Shown here: piece after piece, positions 24,043 to 37,896 of the stretch
How positions within the stretch are numbered: the first letter of the stretch is position 1
How the letters are laid out: the number at the start of each line of letters is the position of its first letter
NCBI GenBank assembly: GCA_010015805.1
Contig: ML978122.1
Location: 1,274,453 to 1,338,452 of the forward strand
DNA length: 64,000 bases
Reading direction: 5' to 3'
Origin: Rhizodiscina lignyota
Lineage: Eukaryota
Position numbers and translations under genes: made by a program
The notes under the pieces: model-generated
What the model was told of the DNA's origin: nothing
Seen by the model: only the letters and a program-made list of their open reading frames with translations
Database searches by the model: none

Positions 24043-25706
24043 ATGACTTCAAGCATAGAGAAGGATGTCCAAGTGGACTCTGTGCCCAATCGCTCGGAAG
24101 ATGAGGGCCAAGTGGAATATTTCGTGGACCCAGAAGAGGAAAAGAAGGTCGTTCGGAAGATTGATCTCTATGTAATGCCTGCTCTGGTCATCGTTTTCTT
24201 CTTCCAATGTGAGAACTATTGTGCTGGGAAAGTCTGAGTTCGAACGCTAACGCTGATATAGTTCTGGACAAGCAGACAATCAATTATGCCGCCGTCTTCG
24301 GAATGCAGACAGACCTACACTTAAGCGGAAGTGGATTCAGTTGGGCCATCACCCTGTACTATTTCGGTCAACTTGCGTCGCAGTATCCTTCCGCCTACTT
24401 CATCAGTCGATTCAAGGTTGTGAGAATTGTCGGGATCACGATGTACGTTCTTCAAACAACATCGCGAGATCAGATAATCTAACAGATTTCAGCGCGGCCT
24501 GGGGTGCATGTGAGATGCTTATCGCATCAACTCAAAACTTTGGCGGTCTTGGAACTGTTCGATTCTTCCTTGGCTGGTTCGAGGGCGCCGCGTCACCTGG
24601 TTTCGTGATCATCACCAGCAACTGGTATCGCCGACGAGAACATCCAGCCCGAGTAGCATGGTGGGAAAGCTGCAGCGGGCTATCGCAAATCATTGGTGCC
24701 GTTCTGATGTACCTGATCGGGCAGGCAAACCATCTCGCTATTGCGAGCTGGAGGGTCATGTATTTGGTGTGTGGAGGCGCCACCATGCTCATCGGAGTAT
24801 GTTTTGCCATCTTTATGCCGACAGACACGACTACTGCGTGGTTTCTGAAGCCTGATGAGCGTCGCATTGCCACTGAACGGCTTGCTCTGGATAGGTCTAC
24901 CCGTGACCGGTCGTCTTTCAATCTGGAACAAGTCAAAGAGGCGCTTATGGATCCCCAGACCTTCCTGCTCTTCTTGGAAGGATTGTTTATTTGCATTCCT
25001 TCTGCTATCTTAAAGGTTCGATTTCACCTCTCTATGTTGCAAATACTTACTGACTTCTGAGATGCAGTTTTCGTCATTGGTTATTAGTGGGTTTGGCTTC
25101 AACAAGTTCCAGACCATGCTAGTCGGTCTACCCGCTGGAGCTATCCAAATTATCACTATATGGGTGGCAGCCTTGGGTATGCAGTACACTCGCGATCTCC
25201 GTTGTTTCTGGGGAATGGTACTTTCTCTCGCGCCTCTTGCTGGTAGCATCTGCCTGCTCACGCTCCCGGCATCTGACAAATGGGGAATTGTAGTCGCGAC
25301 CTGGTTTGCTGCATGCTCATCGTCGCTTATGGTGGTGTCCTTGAGTCTTGCAGCTTCCAACGTCAAGGGTAATACGAAGAAGTCGACAGTCAGCGCGATC
25401 TTTTTTGTTGCATACTGTACTGGCTGCATTATCAGCCCGCAGTTGTGGCAAGCACCTGACGCACCTCGCTACGTTAAGGGATGCATCTCGAGCATTGTGA
25501 GCTGGGCGTTGCTAATTATCACATATGCGGCGCACTATCTGGTTCTATGGAGAGAGAATGTGCGACGAGATCGTTTGCAGCTGGAGAATCAATTGAGGGA
25601 GAATGCAGAAGGTGTGGATATCCCAGAGAAGGAGGCACATGTCGGAGTCTCAATCGATTCGGACATGACCGATCGTCAGGATATGAAATTTCGATATACG
25701 CTGTAA
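24043..25706 (+). CDS. MFS transporter, allantoate permease (Dal5)/anion:cation symporter family, 4 exons
   Basis: VVRKIDLYVMP, LDKQTINYA, RFFLGWFEG, WYRRREHPAR, SNVKGNTKKST, DMTDRQDMKFRY. Confidence 0.92.
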
Positions 25707-25874
25707 TAATATGTATTGCAGAGCAAACTGACTGGTATCTCTCAAACCTGGCCCTAACACCCTGCATCTTTCTTTCAATCCGTCAGCGGAAAGCGCTACA
25801 ACATGACATAAAGCAGAAAGACTAAACTCCAGACAGATGCAAAAATGAACCGTCATAAGGTAAGCGAACACATG

Positions 25875-26707
25875 TTACTTGAGAGCCTGAACGAACAAGG
25901 CTCTGATGCCCTTAAGGAATGGTGTTAAGTCTCTCCCCTCGTTCAGCTTGTCGAGCAGCTGTTCCAACTCTCTACGTTCCAGCTTCGGGCTGCATCTGAA
26001 TATCTGATAGTCTCTGCTTCCAGTACCAAGTTCGAACCATGCCTCTTTTTCCCAGTCTGCCTCGCACACATGCGTGAAAACAAACTTCAAGCGGTCCACA
26101 GCTCCAGCGCCTTCAATGCGCATACATAGGTAGTCCTGCCAGAAGTCGAGCTCGGGCATATTGAATCGTGATTGTTGGTTGAGGTAGCGCTGATGCGACT
26201 GCTGTGCAGATCTCCGCGCGGCGATATCTTTCTGTACTTCTGCGATTTGTTGTTTGAGAGCGTCTCGTTGCGCGAGTCGGTCGTCGCGTTGGGACGTGAG
26301 GTTGTTGATTGCGGAATGCATTTCAGCGGTTTCTTGCGATTCCTTCGCGACAGTCTGCGCATATGTGGCCGTCTTGAGAGTCATGATTTCGATATTACGT
26401 TTTCGCATATGTTGGTCCTCTAGATAGTTGTAAATTGTCAGCGCGCGCATCCGTATCGCACGGATTCGTACTTACTTTGAAGTTCTGCTACATTTATGCG
26501 GAACTGATTACCCTCCTCTAACACCCTCTTCCTGCCTCTCTCAATGAACTGATCAAAGCGGAACGTAAAGCTGTCCATGCGATCTCGCAGCTCCTTGAAT
26601 CCGAAATTGATGTTTGGAAGGGAGTCTGCCATGGAAGGCGCTGTAGCGGACGAGAATGGCGCATGGATTGCGCTTGTTGAGAGCGACGGTTCAAATGCGG
26701 TGGCCAT
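25875..26707 (-). CDS. SPC25: Kinetochore Ndc80-complex subunit Spc25; one intron
   Basis: MATAFEPSLST..ADSLPNINFGF.ELRDRM coiled coil; RWD-like NMPELDFWQDYLCMRIEGAG..DRLKFVFTH. Confidence 0.88.
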
Positions 26708-27074
26708 AGCGACGATATGAATTGTGACGGCCTTGTGGTATATAAGTGGAATTTCAAGTGTGTCAAGAGTGGTTTGAGTTTGCAATGTTGAGATGGCTGG
26801 AGTTGAAGTGATGAAATCAATGTTTACATTTTCCTGAAAGAGGATAAGCGCAGACTCGGCATCCTCGGCGCCGACGCCTCATGCGGGCGGCATCTGCACG
26901 AAAGAGCTTTCTTTACGGAGCACACTTGAGCGCTCTTCAACATTCTGCGCCAGTCCTCTTATTGCTCCTCCACCTCATCGTGTTCATGAAGCTTTGCGCT
27001 CCACCACTCCAACGACACGATGCGAAAGTTAACGATCCAAGCGACTTTCAGTTCACGAAGAAGACAAAAGCCGA

Positions 27075-30000
27075 ATGACTAGTCAACTTAGCTATGGTCA
27101 TTTTGGCCGCGCCGAATATGACAGAAACACGAATTCATGGCGATTCCAAAGGCAGTACGATACGCAAGAGTCCCTGATATCCGTGGCGGAATTGGAAGAT
27201 GCGCTCCCTTCGACCTCGACCACCCAGGGCGATGCGACTCCAAATCTGAGCGTCGGAGGAACTATAAATCGGAATCCTGAGCTACAGCCTGCTCTGAGGG
27301 TATTGAAGGAATATGCCACAGATTCTCGTTCGAGTTTACCCGATACGGCTTCGCCAGGTTCTCTCATATCTTTTGGTCAATTGGCATACGCCAATGAACC
27401 TCAGAGGGCACGCTTAGGTGCTACAATTGTTGCATTTGCAGCACCGGGTGGTGAAAACGGCGATGCGCTTCGTATTACAAGAGTACAGAACAGTCAAAGG
27501 AGGCTTGACGAAGAAGGCTCACATGTAGAGGTACCGGTATTCTCTGATGAGGTGGGATGGTGGGTTGGCTTGGGAGAACCTATTCGGCAGATTCGATTTG
27601 CTCAAGTGCTCAAATCACAAGGCTCCTTGTTAGCAGTCCGCCTGTCCACCCAGATTATTATCTTCAGACCATTGTGGCATTCTACAAAGGTCCCTCCGAG
27701 TGGTACTTTCCACGGGTGCCCGTACCCACCGTCTCGAATCGATGCCAATCCAATCCTCACGATACCAATTCGAGATACCGGGGGCTGCTCTCATGTGGAC
27801 ATTTGTTTCAATCCTGGTGATCAGAGGCAGCTTGCAGTTGTGGACGAGAAGGGCAACTGGGCTGTGCTTAATATCAGCGGTAGACATTCACAATCGAGGC
27901 TCTCATATGCTGCGAAGACTATCAAGAAAGGAACAGTACTTGGCGCTGTCCCTGTAGAGGATGTCGATGAGGAATTTGATGAATCTCTAATAGATGACGC
28001 ACCCATTGGCTCCATATGGCATCGAGTATTATGGGTGCAGAGTCTTCTGATCATTGCCTCTCGATACAAGCTTGAAGCAGTGCATCACCAGCGTGGCTCT
28101 GTACTTGATAGACTGCTCCCCCTTGGCTCAAATACAAGACAGACTCCACTGTTGGATATCCAGATGAATCCTTTAAAGCCTGATGAAGTCTTCATTTTGG
28201 ACACGAAACAGCTGCTTCTCCTTCGCGTAGGCTCTGCCACTGCTCCTGTCAAGGCTACCTTGATCTTCTCATGGACTCATTTCAGAGACTCTGAGGACTA
28301 TAGCCTCAGACTTTCTGTCTCTGCTCTTGGTCAAGGTACTGTTGTCCATCCACATTCGCTAAACATAGAGTCTGACCAGTAATAGATGCGATAATTACGC
28401 TGTACTCTAGGTCCTTCGAAACTCTCACGGCGATTCGTTACTCCCAAGCTAATGATACTTCGGGTACTTTCGTTCAGGATCCAGTCATACTTCGAAATGT
28501 TCATACCGATGTCTCTGTCAAAGATTGTTGTGGTTTGGTTTTGTTAGCCCTGCAGGTGGGCAGAGCTGGAGACAATGCCCATCCAGAATATTTACAGGAC
28601 TCGTACCGAGCGATTTATCTTCAGCTGCAGCTGTTACCAGATTGCAAAATATCGGCGAAGCTGATTGGGTCCTTCAATTCTGACGATACCCTACGCGAGG
28701 CGCGAGGCTTTCTTGCTCTCCGTGCTAAACGCCCGCGGCGGTTGTACCAAAGCGATGCTTTCGTTCTACGAGACGACTTTGTAGTGAGGGCAGGCCTGGA
28801 AGGAGCTGATGCAATCCGAACGGCACGAGTGTTCGATCGGGCACTTATAAAAGCCACTAGATACGAAACGAAACGTACCTCGCGGAGATCTGGCGAACAG
28901 CTGGATATGTGGACGATAGATAACACGCCTGTATATGTAGGAGTAACGGGTGCGCCTTCAGAAATACTTGTCCCCTTCGAGGAAATTATCGAAGGCCTGA
29001 GAGATCTATCTTTACACTCAGACCAAGAGCAGGAACATCCTACTGGCTCTCTGTATGTTTGAGCGGAGTGTAATCATCTACGAATAGCAGCTAATAGAGA
29101 CAGATTCGAACTCGACCGACGACCGACAGTTATCACTGATATTGAGCAGTCTGCACAAGACCTCCAAGACCTAGTCATGACTTGGGACCCCGCTCTGTTG
29201 ACAAGCCTTCCAGCCCAACTCCTCTCCATTGAGTTGTCTCCCAATATACCTGAAGTAGAGTCAAGCGGACCGATTTGGAAAGCTTATGATGACATTATCA
29301 CTTCTTGGGTTTCACAATTGCCGCATGAAACTCCGACACAGACTCGGAAGCATCTCTCGGACCTGGCGAGTTCTATTGCTGCCGAATGCTGCCTCGCTAG
29401 TGTTGTGATCCGACGGCCTAAAGCTCTACATCGGCCACAAGGTGTGGAGGATGAGGAAGGCATCCCCACGTCTTTGAAGGGCAAGGAGCGACAACGAGAT
29501 CGGAGTTACAGTGCCAGTGCTCCTGCAAGCCCTGGGTACGAACTTTCACAATCGCAGGATTCATCTATCGTACCTTTTGACTCACAATTGGAGCCCCGGT
29601 CGCTGCCTCCCACCCCCTCGGCGACACCATCTATAGTCTCAGGATCATCTTTCTCATCCACAGCGCCGAATGAAGGTGACCTTGCTTTCGAGCGGCTGAG
29701 TCGCTTAACATCATTCGGATTCCAACCAACGCCGCTGCCACAGCGATGGAATGGAGTTCCCGCGCACTGGACGCCAGGTTCGGATCCAAATGAATACAGC
29801 TGGGCAAGAGCGCGGAGAGAAGTTGAGAAGAAGAGCGAAAGTAGACTGACGAAGAAGGCGGAACGGAAAGCGAGACAGAAGCTTCGGCGGGAGCGGATAG
29901 AGAATGCGTCTGCACTGGCGGGTTCTTCGAGGACTTCCATAACTGCCCGGCAACTAGAGGCTCTTGCGAGTCGGAGAGGTTCGCCTATCCCGTCTGGATC

Positions 30001-30178
30001 AGGGCAGTTGGCGGCTAGCCAGCCTGTATACGCACAAGGTCTGGGTGAGTCGCAGAGTCAGAGCCAGCCATCACAAAGTCGAGTAATGGGGATACCGGGC
30101 ATGGCATCTCAAATTGAGAGCGGAGCTTTTGGAGGACGACCGCCTCCGAGGAAGAGGCCTCGGAGAGCTGGATTTTGA
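27075..30178 (+). CDS. RRN6: RNA polymerase I core factor subunit Rrn6-like, 3 exons
   Basis: LSYGHFGRA, PIRQIRFA, RIDANP, HVDICFNP..QLAVVDEKGNW, SWTHFRD, HWTPGSDP..YSW, C-terminal GAFGGR..RKRPRRAGF. Confidence 0.75.
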
Positions 30179-30300
30179 GTGTTTGTGAGGAGCGGCTAGC
30201 TGTCCGCGCTATGTACACCCATATCTATGCAATATATTGTTGAACTCCTGCAATGCTTCTAATGCATCCACCCAATGCAATGGACCTTGAGCAATACGCC

Positions 30301-31356
30301 TTATCCTGCCGCCACCCCGTTGCTGTCCATATGTATCGCCTTTCGTACACCAGCCACTACCTCCAACAACGCAGTTGAAGCAGGACTGTCCGGGTACGCA
30401 TCGAGGAAGCTCTCACCAAAATCGCACGCCATCCCTATCCTCGGGTCGAGCGGTACAGCTCCCAGAAATGGTATCCCCTCCTCCTCAGCCAACCGTCTTG
30501 CGCCGCCCGTCGATGCACGGAATATCTGCGATGTCCCGCGACAGTTGGGACACACGAATCCCGACATATTCTCCACAATGCCCAGTATCTTAATATCCGC
30601 CTTCCGGCAGAAGTCCACCTCCTTCCGCACATCCAACAAGCTAACCTCCTGCGGTGTCGTCACCAGCACCGCGCCATCAATACCCGCCTCTTTGAGAAAG
30701 CTGTTCACGCTGAGGTGCTCATCGCTCGTACCGGGCGGAGTGTCGACTACTAAAACGTCGAGCGCGCCCCACGCCACGTCCTTCAGGAAGCGCTTGATCA
30801 GCCCGTTCTTCTTCGCCCCGCGCCAGATGACCGCGTCGTCGCGGTTCGGCAGCATGAACTGGACGGACATGGTGCACAGGTTGTCCGACACCCACACGGG
30901 GCTCCAGCCCTCGCCGCTGATGTGGATGGATTCGTCTTCTACGCCGAGCATTTTGGGTATTGACGGGCCGGTGATGTCTGCGTCCATGAGGCCGACTGTG
31001 AGTTCCTCGTCTCCTGCCTTTGAAGCAGCGAACCCGAACGCAAGCATGCTGCTCAGACTGCTCTTCCCCACGCCCCCTTTCCCGCTTAGCACGACAATCT
31101 TGTGCCGCACGCCCGCCAGGCGCTCCGCGATGAGTGGGATGTCTGGGTCGGGGCCTTTCGGTGCGGATGCGCATATCGCTTGGTTGGGACAGCCGGCGCA
31201 GGCGTCACCTTTGCCTGCTTGTTCGGACTCTGGGCCGGGACAGTGTTCTGGCTCGGGCGCGACGAGGGCAGGTGCGGCTTTGAGCGGTGCGTTGAGTACG
31301 GATTGGGACTCCTCGTCGGGAGGTGGGGTGAGGGGGGGATCTGGTGGCGGCGCCAT
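30301..31356 (-). CDS. NBP35: Cytosolic Fe-S cluster assembly factor Nbp35
   Basis: N-terminal [43 protein letters not shown]; intronless. Confidence 0.96.
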   Translation of the reverse strand: MAPPPDPPLTPPPDEESQSVLNAPLKAAPALVAPEPEHCPGPESEQAGKGDACAGCPNQAICASAPKGPDPDIPLIAERLAGVRHKIVVLSGKGGVGKSSLSSMLAFGFAASKAGDEELTVGLMDADITGPSIPKMLGVEDESIHISGEGWSPVWVSDNLCTMSVQFMLPNRDDAVIWRGAKKNGLIKRFLKDVAWGALDVLVVDTPPGTSDEHLSVNSFLKEAGIDGAVLVTTPQEVSLLDVRKEVDFCRKADIKILGIVENMSGFVCPNCRGTSQIFRASTGGARRLAEEEGIPFLGAVPLDPRIGMACDFGESFLDAYPDSPASTALLEVVAGVRKAIHMDSNGVAAG

Positions 31357-31760
31357 TGTGGCGGGGTTTGTGGGAGGTGGAGACGATCGATTCGACTTGC
31401 AAGTGATTTGTTTGTTGCGTATTAGCGATGGGGTCTAATGCGCATGTTGTGTGCTGTGTGGCTGTGGAATGGGTTGTGAGGTTGAAGAGAAAAGAACGGA
31501 TTGATAATCGGTAGCGGCCGATATGGGACGAGGTCACGCCACGTGCTCGAGAGGAGTTCAGACGAGACGATTTCGTCCCTTAAATTATGCAAACATCTCT
31601 CGATTGATAAAATGCCATTGTATATGATGTCATATCGTCTCAAATACGTGAGACTCATTTTGCGATCGAGATTCACCAACATGTGTCCGGTAGACATCGA
31701 ACCACAACGCCTTTGCTGGATGCAAGAAACCACAATTGCCACTACCAACCATTGCATTTC

Positions 31761-32527
31761 TTATGCAGGTACCATTTGCCGCCCTTCCCCTTCCCCTTCC
31801 TCTTCCTCTTGCTCCCTAGCTCGCCGCCGCGCTCTCTCTTTCGCAGTCTCGGCGAGTGTAGGCTGCTGTCCCTCCAGCTCTTGCGATGGCGCATCTGGCA
31901 ACTTGACGCCCGATACTTCAGCTTCCAGCGCCTCTAACTCATCCTCGACCTCATCTTCGTCCTGGTTAGACATTCTCCCCGCCAGCATCTCAGAGATTTC
32001 CTGCGCAAAGTCAGTCCCCATCTGCCCTATATTCTGAATAATAGCCAGAGTAACATACCCTCTGATATGCCTGTGCCTCCTCACTCTCCCCCATCAACTT
32101 CTCCACATTCTCGACACCGCCCATCTCGCGGTGAATCTCCTTCAGCACCTTTGTGCCCTGCTGCAGCCCGTAAACGACGTCCTTCTGCACCAGCGCAAAC
32201 TCGACGTCACTCGTGAGAACCTCCAGCTGTGCGAGCTGCGCATCAGTCTTGCTCAGAAGCGACTCCTGGTACTTCTTGCGACGCAGCGCGAGGAGGGCTC
32301 TCTTCTTGTCGCCGGCGCGAAGGCATTCTTTCGCGATGGCGGTTTCGCGGTCTGTGATGACGGTGATGCGTTTTTGGTATTGTTGCAGTTTGTCGCGCTG
32401 GATTTTCATGTCCAGGATCGCCCTACAGAGTTTATGCGTCAGAAATAGGATTGCACGGAGAATTGTGATGATGAGCGACGCACCTGTCCTGGGCAGACAC
32501 CTTGGGCGCGCTGCTTGAATTGCCCAT
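31761..32527 (-). CDS. VPS20: ESCRT-III subunit Vps20/CHMP6, 3 exons
   Basis: Myristoylation-type MGNSSS start; AQD|RAILDMKIQRDKLQQYQ, ALLALRRKKYQE, DEVEDELEAL..LPDAP. Confidence 0.93.
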
Positions 32528-32774
32528 CTTTTCAATGTTTCCACAGCCATGAGACCAGCTCAGCAACGCGCTCGTAGAATCTGCGAAATGTAGCAGAGTG
32601 ACTGATTCATTGATGTAAAGGTTCGTTTGTGTCTGCCAGAGCTCAAGATACAGGTGGGTCTGGGCAACAGTCCCGCAGCAGACCGATATCATCCCGCCAG
32701 GCGGTGACAGGCGGCAGAATTATCCAACCTCCAAAACTTTTGCGGTGACGATATTAAAACGAGCACGCCCCAAA

Positions 32775-34979
32775 ATGCCCTCTCGACAGGGCGGAGGACG
32801 CTCGTCACTCAGTCGCGCGCTCGACAATGATGTCCTACAAATTGTGCGCAAATTACTCGACGAACAACCGAGCGGTGCGAGATATCCCTCGTCGCGGACG
32901 GTATACGAATGGATCCAGCGCTCCAATTCAAGCCTGAAGCGCAAGCCTAAGAATTTAATAGAAAACAGCATCGAATGGGCATTGGAAGTCTTGCGTGAAG
33001 ACACCAGCGACGAAGATCAAGTCCTTCCGTCTGAATCCACAGACGAGCGGCAGGCACGCGCAGACGCAGCGAATTTAATGAACAAGAGCATCGTGGGATC
33101 ATGGGCTTCACCCGGCACTGCAACACCAGTTACAAATGGGAAGGCTCCTACAATGCAGGTGGCCCAACGTCAAGCAAACGGCGAGCCGGCGAAGAAGAGA
33201 AGAAAGCCCGCAGCTACGGAGGAGGTAGACAAGCCAGCGATGCCAAACGTGCGTCTGGTCGACATTGGCGGCGTCGCGCCTATCAAGAACATGCTTAAGA
33301 AATACGTCATCCGCCCGCTGCTATTTCCAGAGGAATTCAGCGCCAGGAAGATACCCATACCACGCGGTGTGCTCATCCACGGACCGCCGGGGTGTGGAAA
33401 GACGCTGATATCACGCGCGGTAGCGACAGAGTTGGGCGTGCCATGCATTGAGATCCTGGGGCCGTCGATTGTATCAGGCATGTCTGGAGAATCAGAAAAG
33501 CAGGTGCGAGAGCTGTTCGCAGAGGCGCGGAGGAAGGCGCCATGTCTCATATTCATCGATGAGATTGACGTTATTGCGCCGAAGCGCGACACCTCGCAGA
33601 GTCAGATGGAGAAACGCATTGTCGCGCAGTTTCTCGTGTCTATGGACAGTCTGGCGATGGAGGACAATGATGGCAGGCCTGTCATCGTCTTGGCGGCGAC
33701 GAATCGGCCTGATAGCCTTGACCCTGCGCTGCGGCGTGGTGGGAGGTTCGACAAGGAGATCAACATGGGCGTGCCGAACGAGTCGATGAGGAAGCAGATT
33801 CTCCACGCTCTAACAAGGGGGAACAAACTCGCCCCGGACGTGGACTTCGACGCTCTAGCAAAGATGACCCCCGGCTTCGTAGGCGCAGATCTGCGGGACT
33901 TAGTCGGCCAAGCAGGCAGCTGGTCAATGGACCAATACTGGACCGCTCTAGAAGCCCAAGCAGCATCACTAGATACAGATATGGACCTCGACAACGACAC
34001 CATCCTATCCCCCGAGGCCCAGATGAACCACTCCATCCAACGCCTCATCGCCCGCTCAAAGGACAAATCCCTCGCCCGACCCCCGGGCTTCGAAGATACT
34101 GCCATCCCAATGCGCGCCTTCGTCTCCGTCCTTCCCAACGTCCAGCCCTCCTCCAAGCGCGAGGGCTTCGCCACCATCCCCGACACCACATGGTCCGACA
34201 TCGGCGCTCTCCAGTCAGTAAGGGAAGAACTGCACGCCGCCATCGTCGACCCAATCAAACGGCCCGAGAGGTATGCACGCGTGGGCATCTCCGCGCCTGC
34301 GGGCATTTTACTCTGGGGTCCGCCTGGGTGCGGCAAGACGCTCCTCGCGAAAGCAGTCGCGAATGAGAGCAAAGCGAATTTCATCAGCGTGAAAGGGCCT
34401 GAGCTGTTGAACAAGTACGTTGGCGAGAGCGAGCGCGCGGTACGCACAGTGTTTTCCCGTGCCAGGTCGTCTATTCCGTGCGTTGTGTTCTTCGACGAGC
34501 TCGACGCGCTGGTGCCGAAGCGGGATGATGTCCTGAGCGAAGCGAGTGCGAGGGTGGTGAACACGCTGTTGACGGAGCTGGATGGGATTGGGCAGAGGGA
34601 TGGGATTTATATCATCGCGGCGACGAATCGGCCAGATATTATTGACCCGGCGATGCTGAGGCCGGGCAGGCTCGATACGCCGCTATTCGTGGGGCTGCCT
34701 GGTGCTGATGAGCGGGTGGAGATCCTGACGGCACTGATTCGCAAGACTCCCATCGAGGTAGGATTGGCGAGGATGGCGAAAGAATGTGAGCATTTTAGCG
34801 GCGCGGACCTGAGTAATTTGCTGCGGAAGGCCGGACAGAATGCGCTGAAGAGGGATTCAGAGGTGGTGGCAGAAGAGGACTTTGCGTTGGCAGTCAAGAC
34901 GGTGAGACCTAGTGTTGGACCGAATGACCTGTTGAGATATGAAAGGATTAAGGAGAGGTTGAGTCTTGGTAGTTCATGA
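32775..34979 (+). CDS. RIX7: AAA ATPase Rix7/NVL (pre-60S remodelling)
   Basis: Two AAA domains (GPPGCGKT twice), [42 protein letters not shown]. Confidence 0.93.
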   Translation: MPSRQGGGRSSLSRALDNDVLQIVRKLLDEQPSGARYPSSRTVYEWIQRSNSSLKRKPKNLIENSIEWALEVLREDTSDEDQVLPSESTDERQARADAANLMNKSIVGSWASPGTATPVTNGKAPTMQVAQRQANGEPAKKRRKPAATEEVDKPAMPNVRLVDIGGVAPIKNMLKKYVIRPLLFPEEFSARKIPIPRGVLIHGPPGCGKTLISRAVATELGVPCIEILGPSIVSGMSGESEKQVRELFAEARRKAPCLIFIDEIDVIAPKRDTSQSQMEKRIVAQFLVSMDSLAMEDNDGRPVIVLAATNRPDSLDPALRRGGRFDKEINMGVPNESMRKQILHALTRGNKLAPDVDFDALAKMTPGFVGADLRDLVGQAGSWSMDQYWTALEAQAASLDTDMDLDNDTILSPEAQMNHSIQRLIARSKDKSLARPPGFEDTAIPMRAFVSVLPNVQPSSKREGFATIPDTTWSDIGALQSVREELHAAIVDPIKRPERYARVGISAPAGILLWGPPGCGKTLLAKAVANESKANFISVKGPELLNKYVGESERAVRTVFSRARSSIPCVVFFDELDALVPKRDDVLSEASARVVNTLLTELDGIGQRDGIYIIAATNRPDIIDPAMLRPGRLDTPLFVGLPGADERVEILTALIRKTPIEVGLARMAKECEHFSGADLSNLLRKAGQNALKRDSEVVAEEDFALAVKTVRPSVGPNDLLRYERIKERLSLGSS

Positions 34980-35238
34980 AATCTAGAACATAAGAAAGTT
35001 TGGAAAGAAACAGGATACTGTTGCGTCTGTCCTTGCAAAATCAAGTGAGTTTGAACTGTTTATTCATTTGATACAGTCAAATTCAAGTTTGGATTTGACG
35101 AAAACGCAACGACACAAAATGCAGGGATCGTTAAGCCTGCCCCGATGCCTCATCGCCATGTCCAGTGATTCTTGTGCAATTGTTTGAGAGAATAGTGCAA
35201 CGCTCCCACGCCATCTCACATGTGTGAGTCACCCCTGT

Positions 35239-36076
35239 CTAGAAGACCATCTCGTGTGGCCGGTCGCCCTTCCTCAAGCTAAAGCTCGAGTGCAAGTAGC
35301 TCAACAGCATGGGCTCCTTCTTCAAGGTGCCCAACAGCGCCTTGTCTACCGACTTCTGGTCCTCCACGCGGCTGCTGGCAAGCTCCTTCTTCTGTAATGA
35401 CATTGTCAGTATTCCATCGAATCAGTCGCGACAAATTGGAACCTACCTCCGGTTTCTCTCCCTGCTTGAAGAACGCATCCTCACCCTTCTTCTTCTCGCT
35501 CTTTTCCCGCGCAAAGTAGTCTGCGCCAGCAACCTTGTCGAGAACGCCGCTATCAACGCCCTTCAGGTCGACGGTAGTGCTTGTTGCGATGACATATCGG
35601 GCATTGACTCTTCGGAGCGGGACACCGTTGACTTTGAATGGGCCAGTGACGAGCAGAACGCCCTGATCGAGGTTCTTTAGGAGGACGACGCGCTTGCCAC
35701 GGAAACGGCCGGCAAGGAGAATGAGGATGGTACCGGGCTTAAGGGATGGTCGGTACTTTGTTGGGCGGATGGTCTTGCGGACCTGTAATGATTTATGTTA
35801 GTATAAATTCGGTCTTGAGTAACGGTTGAAGAATGCTGAATTGCCAGCCACGCAACTCGGCGACCGGCGCAAGAGTACAGTCCCCAGCTCTTAATACCAA
35901 GAAGCATACGGCACTGATAGAACTGCGCGTAGAATAGTAATATGTTAAACTCGACGTACCTTCTTGGGCTGTGGCTCGTCCTCGGCAGGGTAGTATTTCT
36001 TCGCCTTCTGGGTGTGGTGTGGCACCTCCCTCGTGCCCTTGGCGAAGGTCTTCTTCGTGCTCGCCGGCTCCGACAT
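35239..36076 (-). CDS. RPL6: 60S ribosomal protein L6 (eL6), 3 exons
   Basis: [61 protein letters not shown]. Confidence 0.96.
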
Positions 36077-36351
36077 AGTGACCTTCTGGATGTGCAAAGG
36101 TCGTGGTATTGGAGGTGTGGAATTCGAAGTTGATATCTCGAAGTCTGATGTGCATCGCTAAACGAATGTTGAAGTGCGCCGGAGTTTTGCCGGCCCGTGG
36201 GTTCGGAAAATCACGGCGCCGGAAGGGCTAAAGAGACATCCCTGCTGGTGGCTTCACAAGCTCTGACAACCCTGCCACTTTCGCCATAGCTCTCTGCCTC
36301 TGCTTTGTGAACCGCAACAGATATCAAGACACAACAAACGAATCGAACAAA

Positions 36352-37896
36352 ATGTCGATACAACCCATAATTACGTTCAAGGCTGGAAAATGCAATCTCG
36401 ATGTATGTGCCGAAGTCGTCTTTCGAAATATAGCTCTTTCAAAAGTAACGTCTTCACAGAATACCGTAACTCCATGGAAAATCACAGCTGATTCCACCCC
36501 CGGCTACCTCTACTTCTGGCAGGAAGATGGTAAGAAGAAGGCCTCCTTTTTGTAGGATCTCGCTTTAGTTAACTAGTCTTTGTAGAGCTTATGCATTTCT
36601 GCTGGCGGCCTCGGTCTGCCTCCGTCCGCGACCCCGACATCGAGCTCTTCATGATTGCCGGAGACGCGTCCTTCCTGCCTTACACTGGAAAAGATAAACT
36701 CGTACCCGGCGAAAACCCGCTCTCGCCCACGAACGGCCGCATCTGCGTGCTCAAGTTCCACTCGAGCGGCGAGAGGTACCTGTTTTGGCTGCAGTCGAAG
36801 AGCCAGCATCCAGAAGGCAAGCCAAACTGGTTCAGCCAGCGGGACTTGCGCATGGTCAAGATAATCGACTTGCTGCTGTCTGGACAAGAGGTGAACCCTG
36901 CGGATATCGAGGGAGAGATCACGTTCGATCAGTCGAGAAGAGATGATGACGACGGAGGCGATCAGGACGAGCCCATGGGTGACGCAGATCCACCTGGGGA
37001 TCGATCAAATAGCACTGGTGGAGCAGGTGCCGATGCAGCTGGTGGCGATTTCAGAGAGGAGGGAGAAGAAGCAAGAGAGGGAGGTGCTGATGGCGCTCGA
37101 GCGTAGGTGCTGCATCTTTCATATCGGGCGTTAACAGCTGTTGGCTACGGATAGCATTGCCAGGCGCGCTGGACACGTTTACAAAAGCACAGGCGCTACA
37201 CCGTGTATTGTATTCAAATCAACAAATACAGGCATTTCGCCTTTCAATTTAGCGCCTGCGCTCTCTACCTATCCGTGCCACACTGTGCGCCTTCTTTACT
37301 GTTGCGTATCTATGAAGGCTTGCTGACAGTTCCGCTCTTATAGTGCTTCAGCAGGAACGACAGACGCGTCAGCCATCGTACAAAACTTCCTCAACTCCCT
37401 CAAAGGCCGCAATATCGCTAGCTCTTCACAACAAGAAAAACTCTTCACAACTCTAGGAGACCTCCTCTCATCCGAAAATACCGTTCCCATCATCCAAAAA
37501 GCCGACATCTCCTTCCTCGACGGCCTCCTCTCCCACCTACCCCCAACCATCTTACTCCTCGCCCAGGAAGTCGACGATGCCACCGAAGTCGAGCCGAATG
37601 CCGAGACCGTGCAAGCCGCGATCGAGGCGCTGAGCGTGGAGCAGAAGAAGGACATTCTGCTCCGCGTCTTGCGCTCACCGCAGCTGCATCAGAGTCTTGG
37701 AAGTCTGACGGTCGCGCTGCGAGATGGAGGGCTGCCGAGTGTGAGCGAGGCGCTGAAGATCCCGGTGGAGAACGGGGGATTTGTGAGGCATGGCGCGGTG
37801 CCGTTGGGTGGAGGGGATGCAGTGGAGGCATTTTTGAATGGGGTGAAGAAGGCCGTTGATGAGGAGAAGGGGGATGAGAAGATGGATACATCTTGA
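36352..37896 (+). CDS. RPN13: Proteasome ubiquitin receptor Rpn13/ADRM1 (Pru + DEUBAD), 4 exons
   Basis: IITFKAG, GYLY, LMHFCWRPR, GRICVLKF..RYLFWLQ; C-terminal SPQLHQSLGSLTVALRDGGLP, VEAFL. Confidence 0.92.

Noticed and set aside
30275..31438. 387-aa ORF antisense to NBP35
   Set aside because: Shadow frame of a GC-rich, codon-biased gene; no recognisable motifs
33602..34564. 320-aa ORF antisense to RIX7 (and similar ORFs opposite UBA1 and NOP4)
   Set aside because: Typical antisense shadows of conserved coding sequence
35783..35960. Long first intron of RPL6 as a snoRNA host
   Set aside because: No clear C/D or H/ACA boxes; longer introns are usual in ribosomal protein genes
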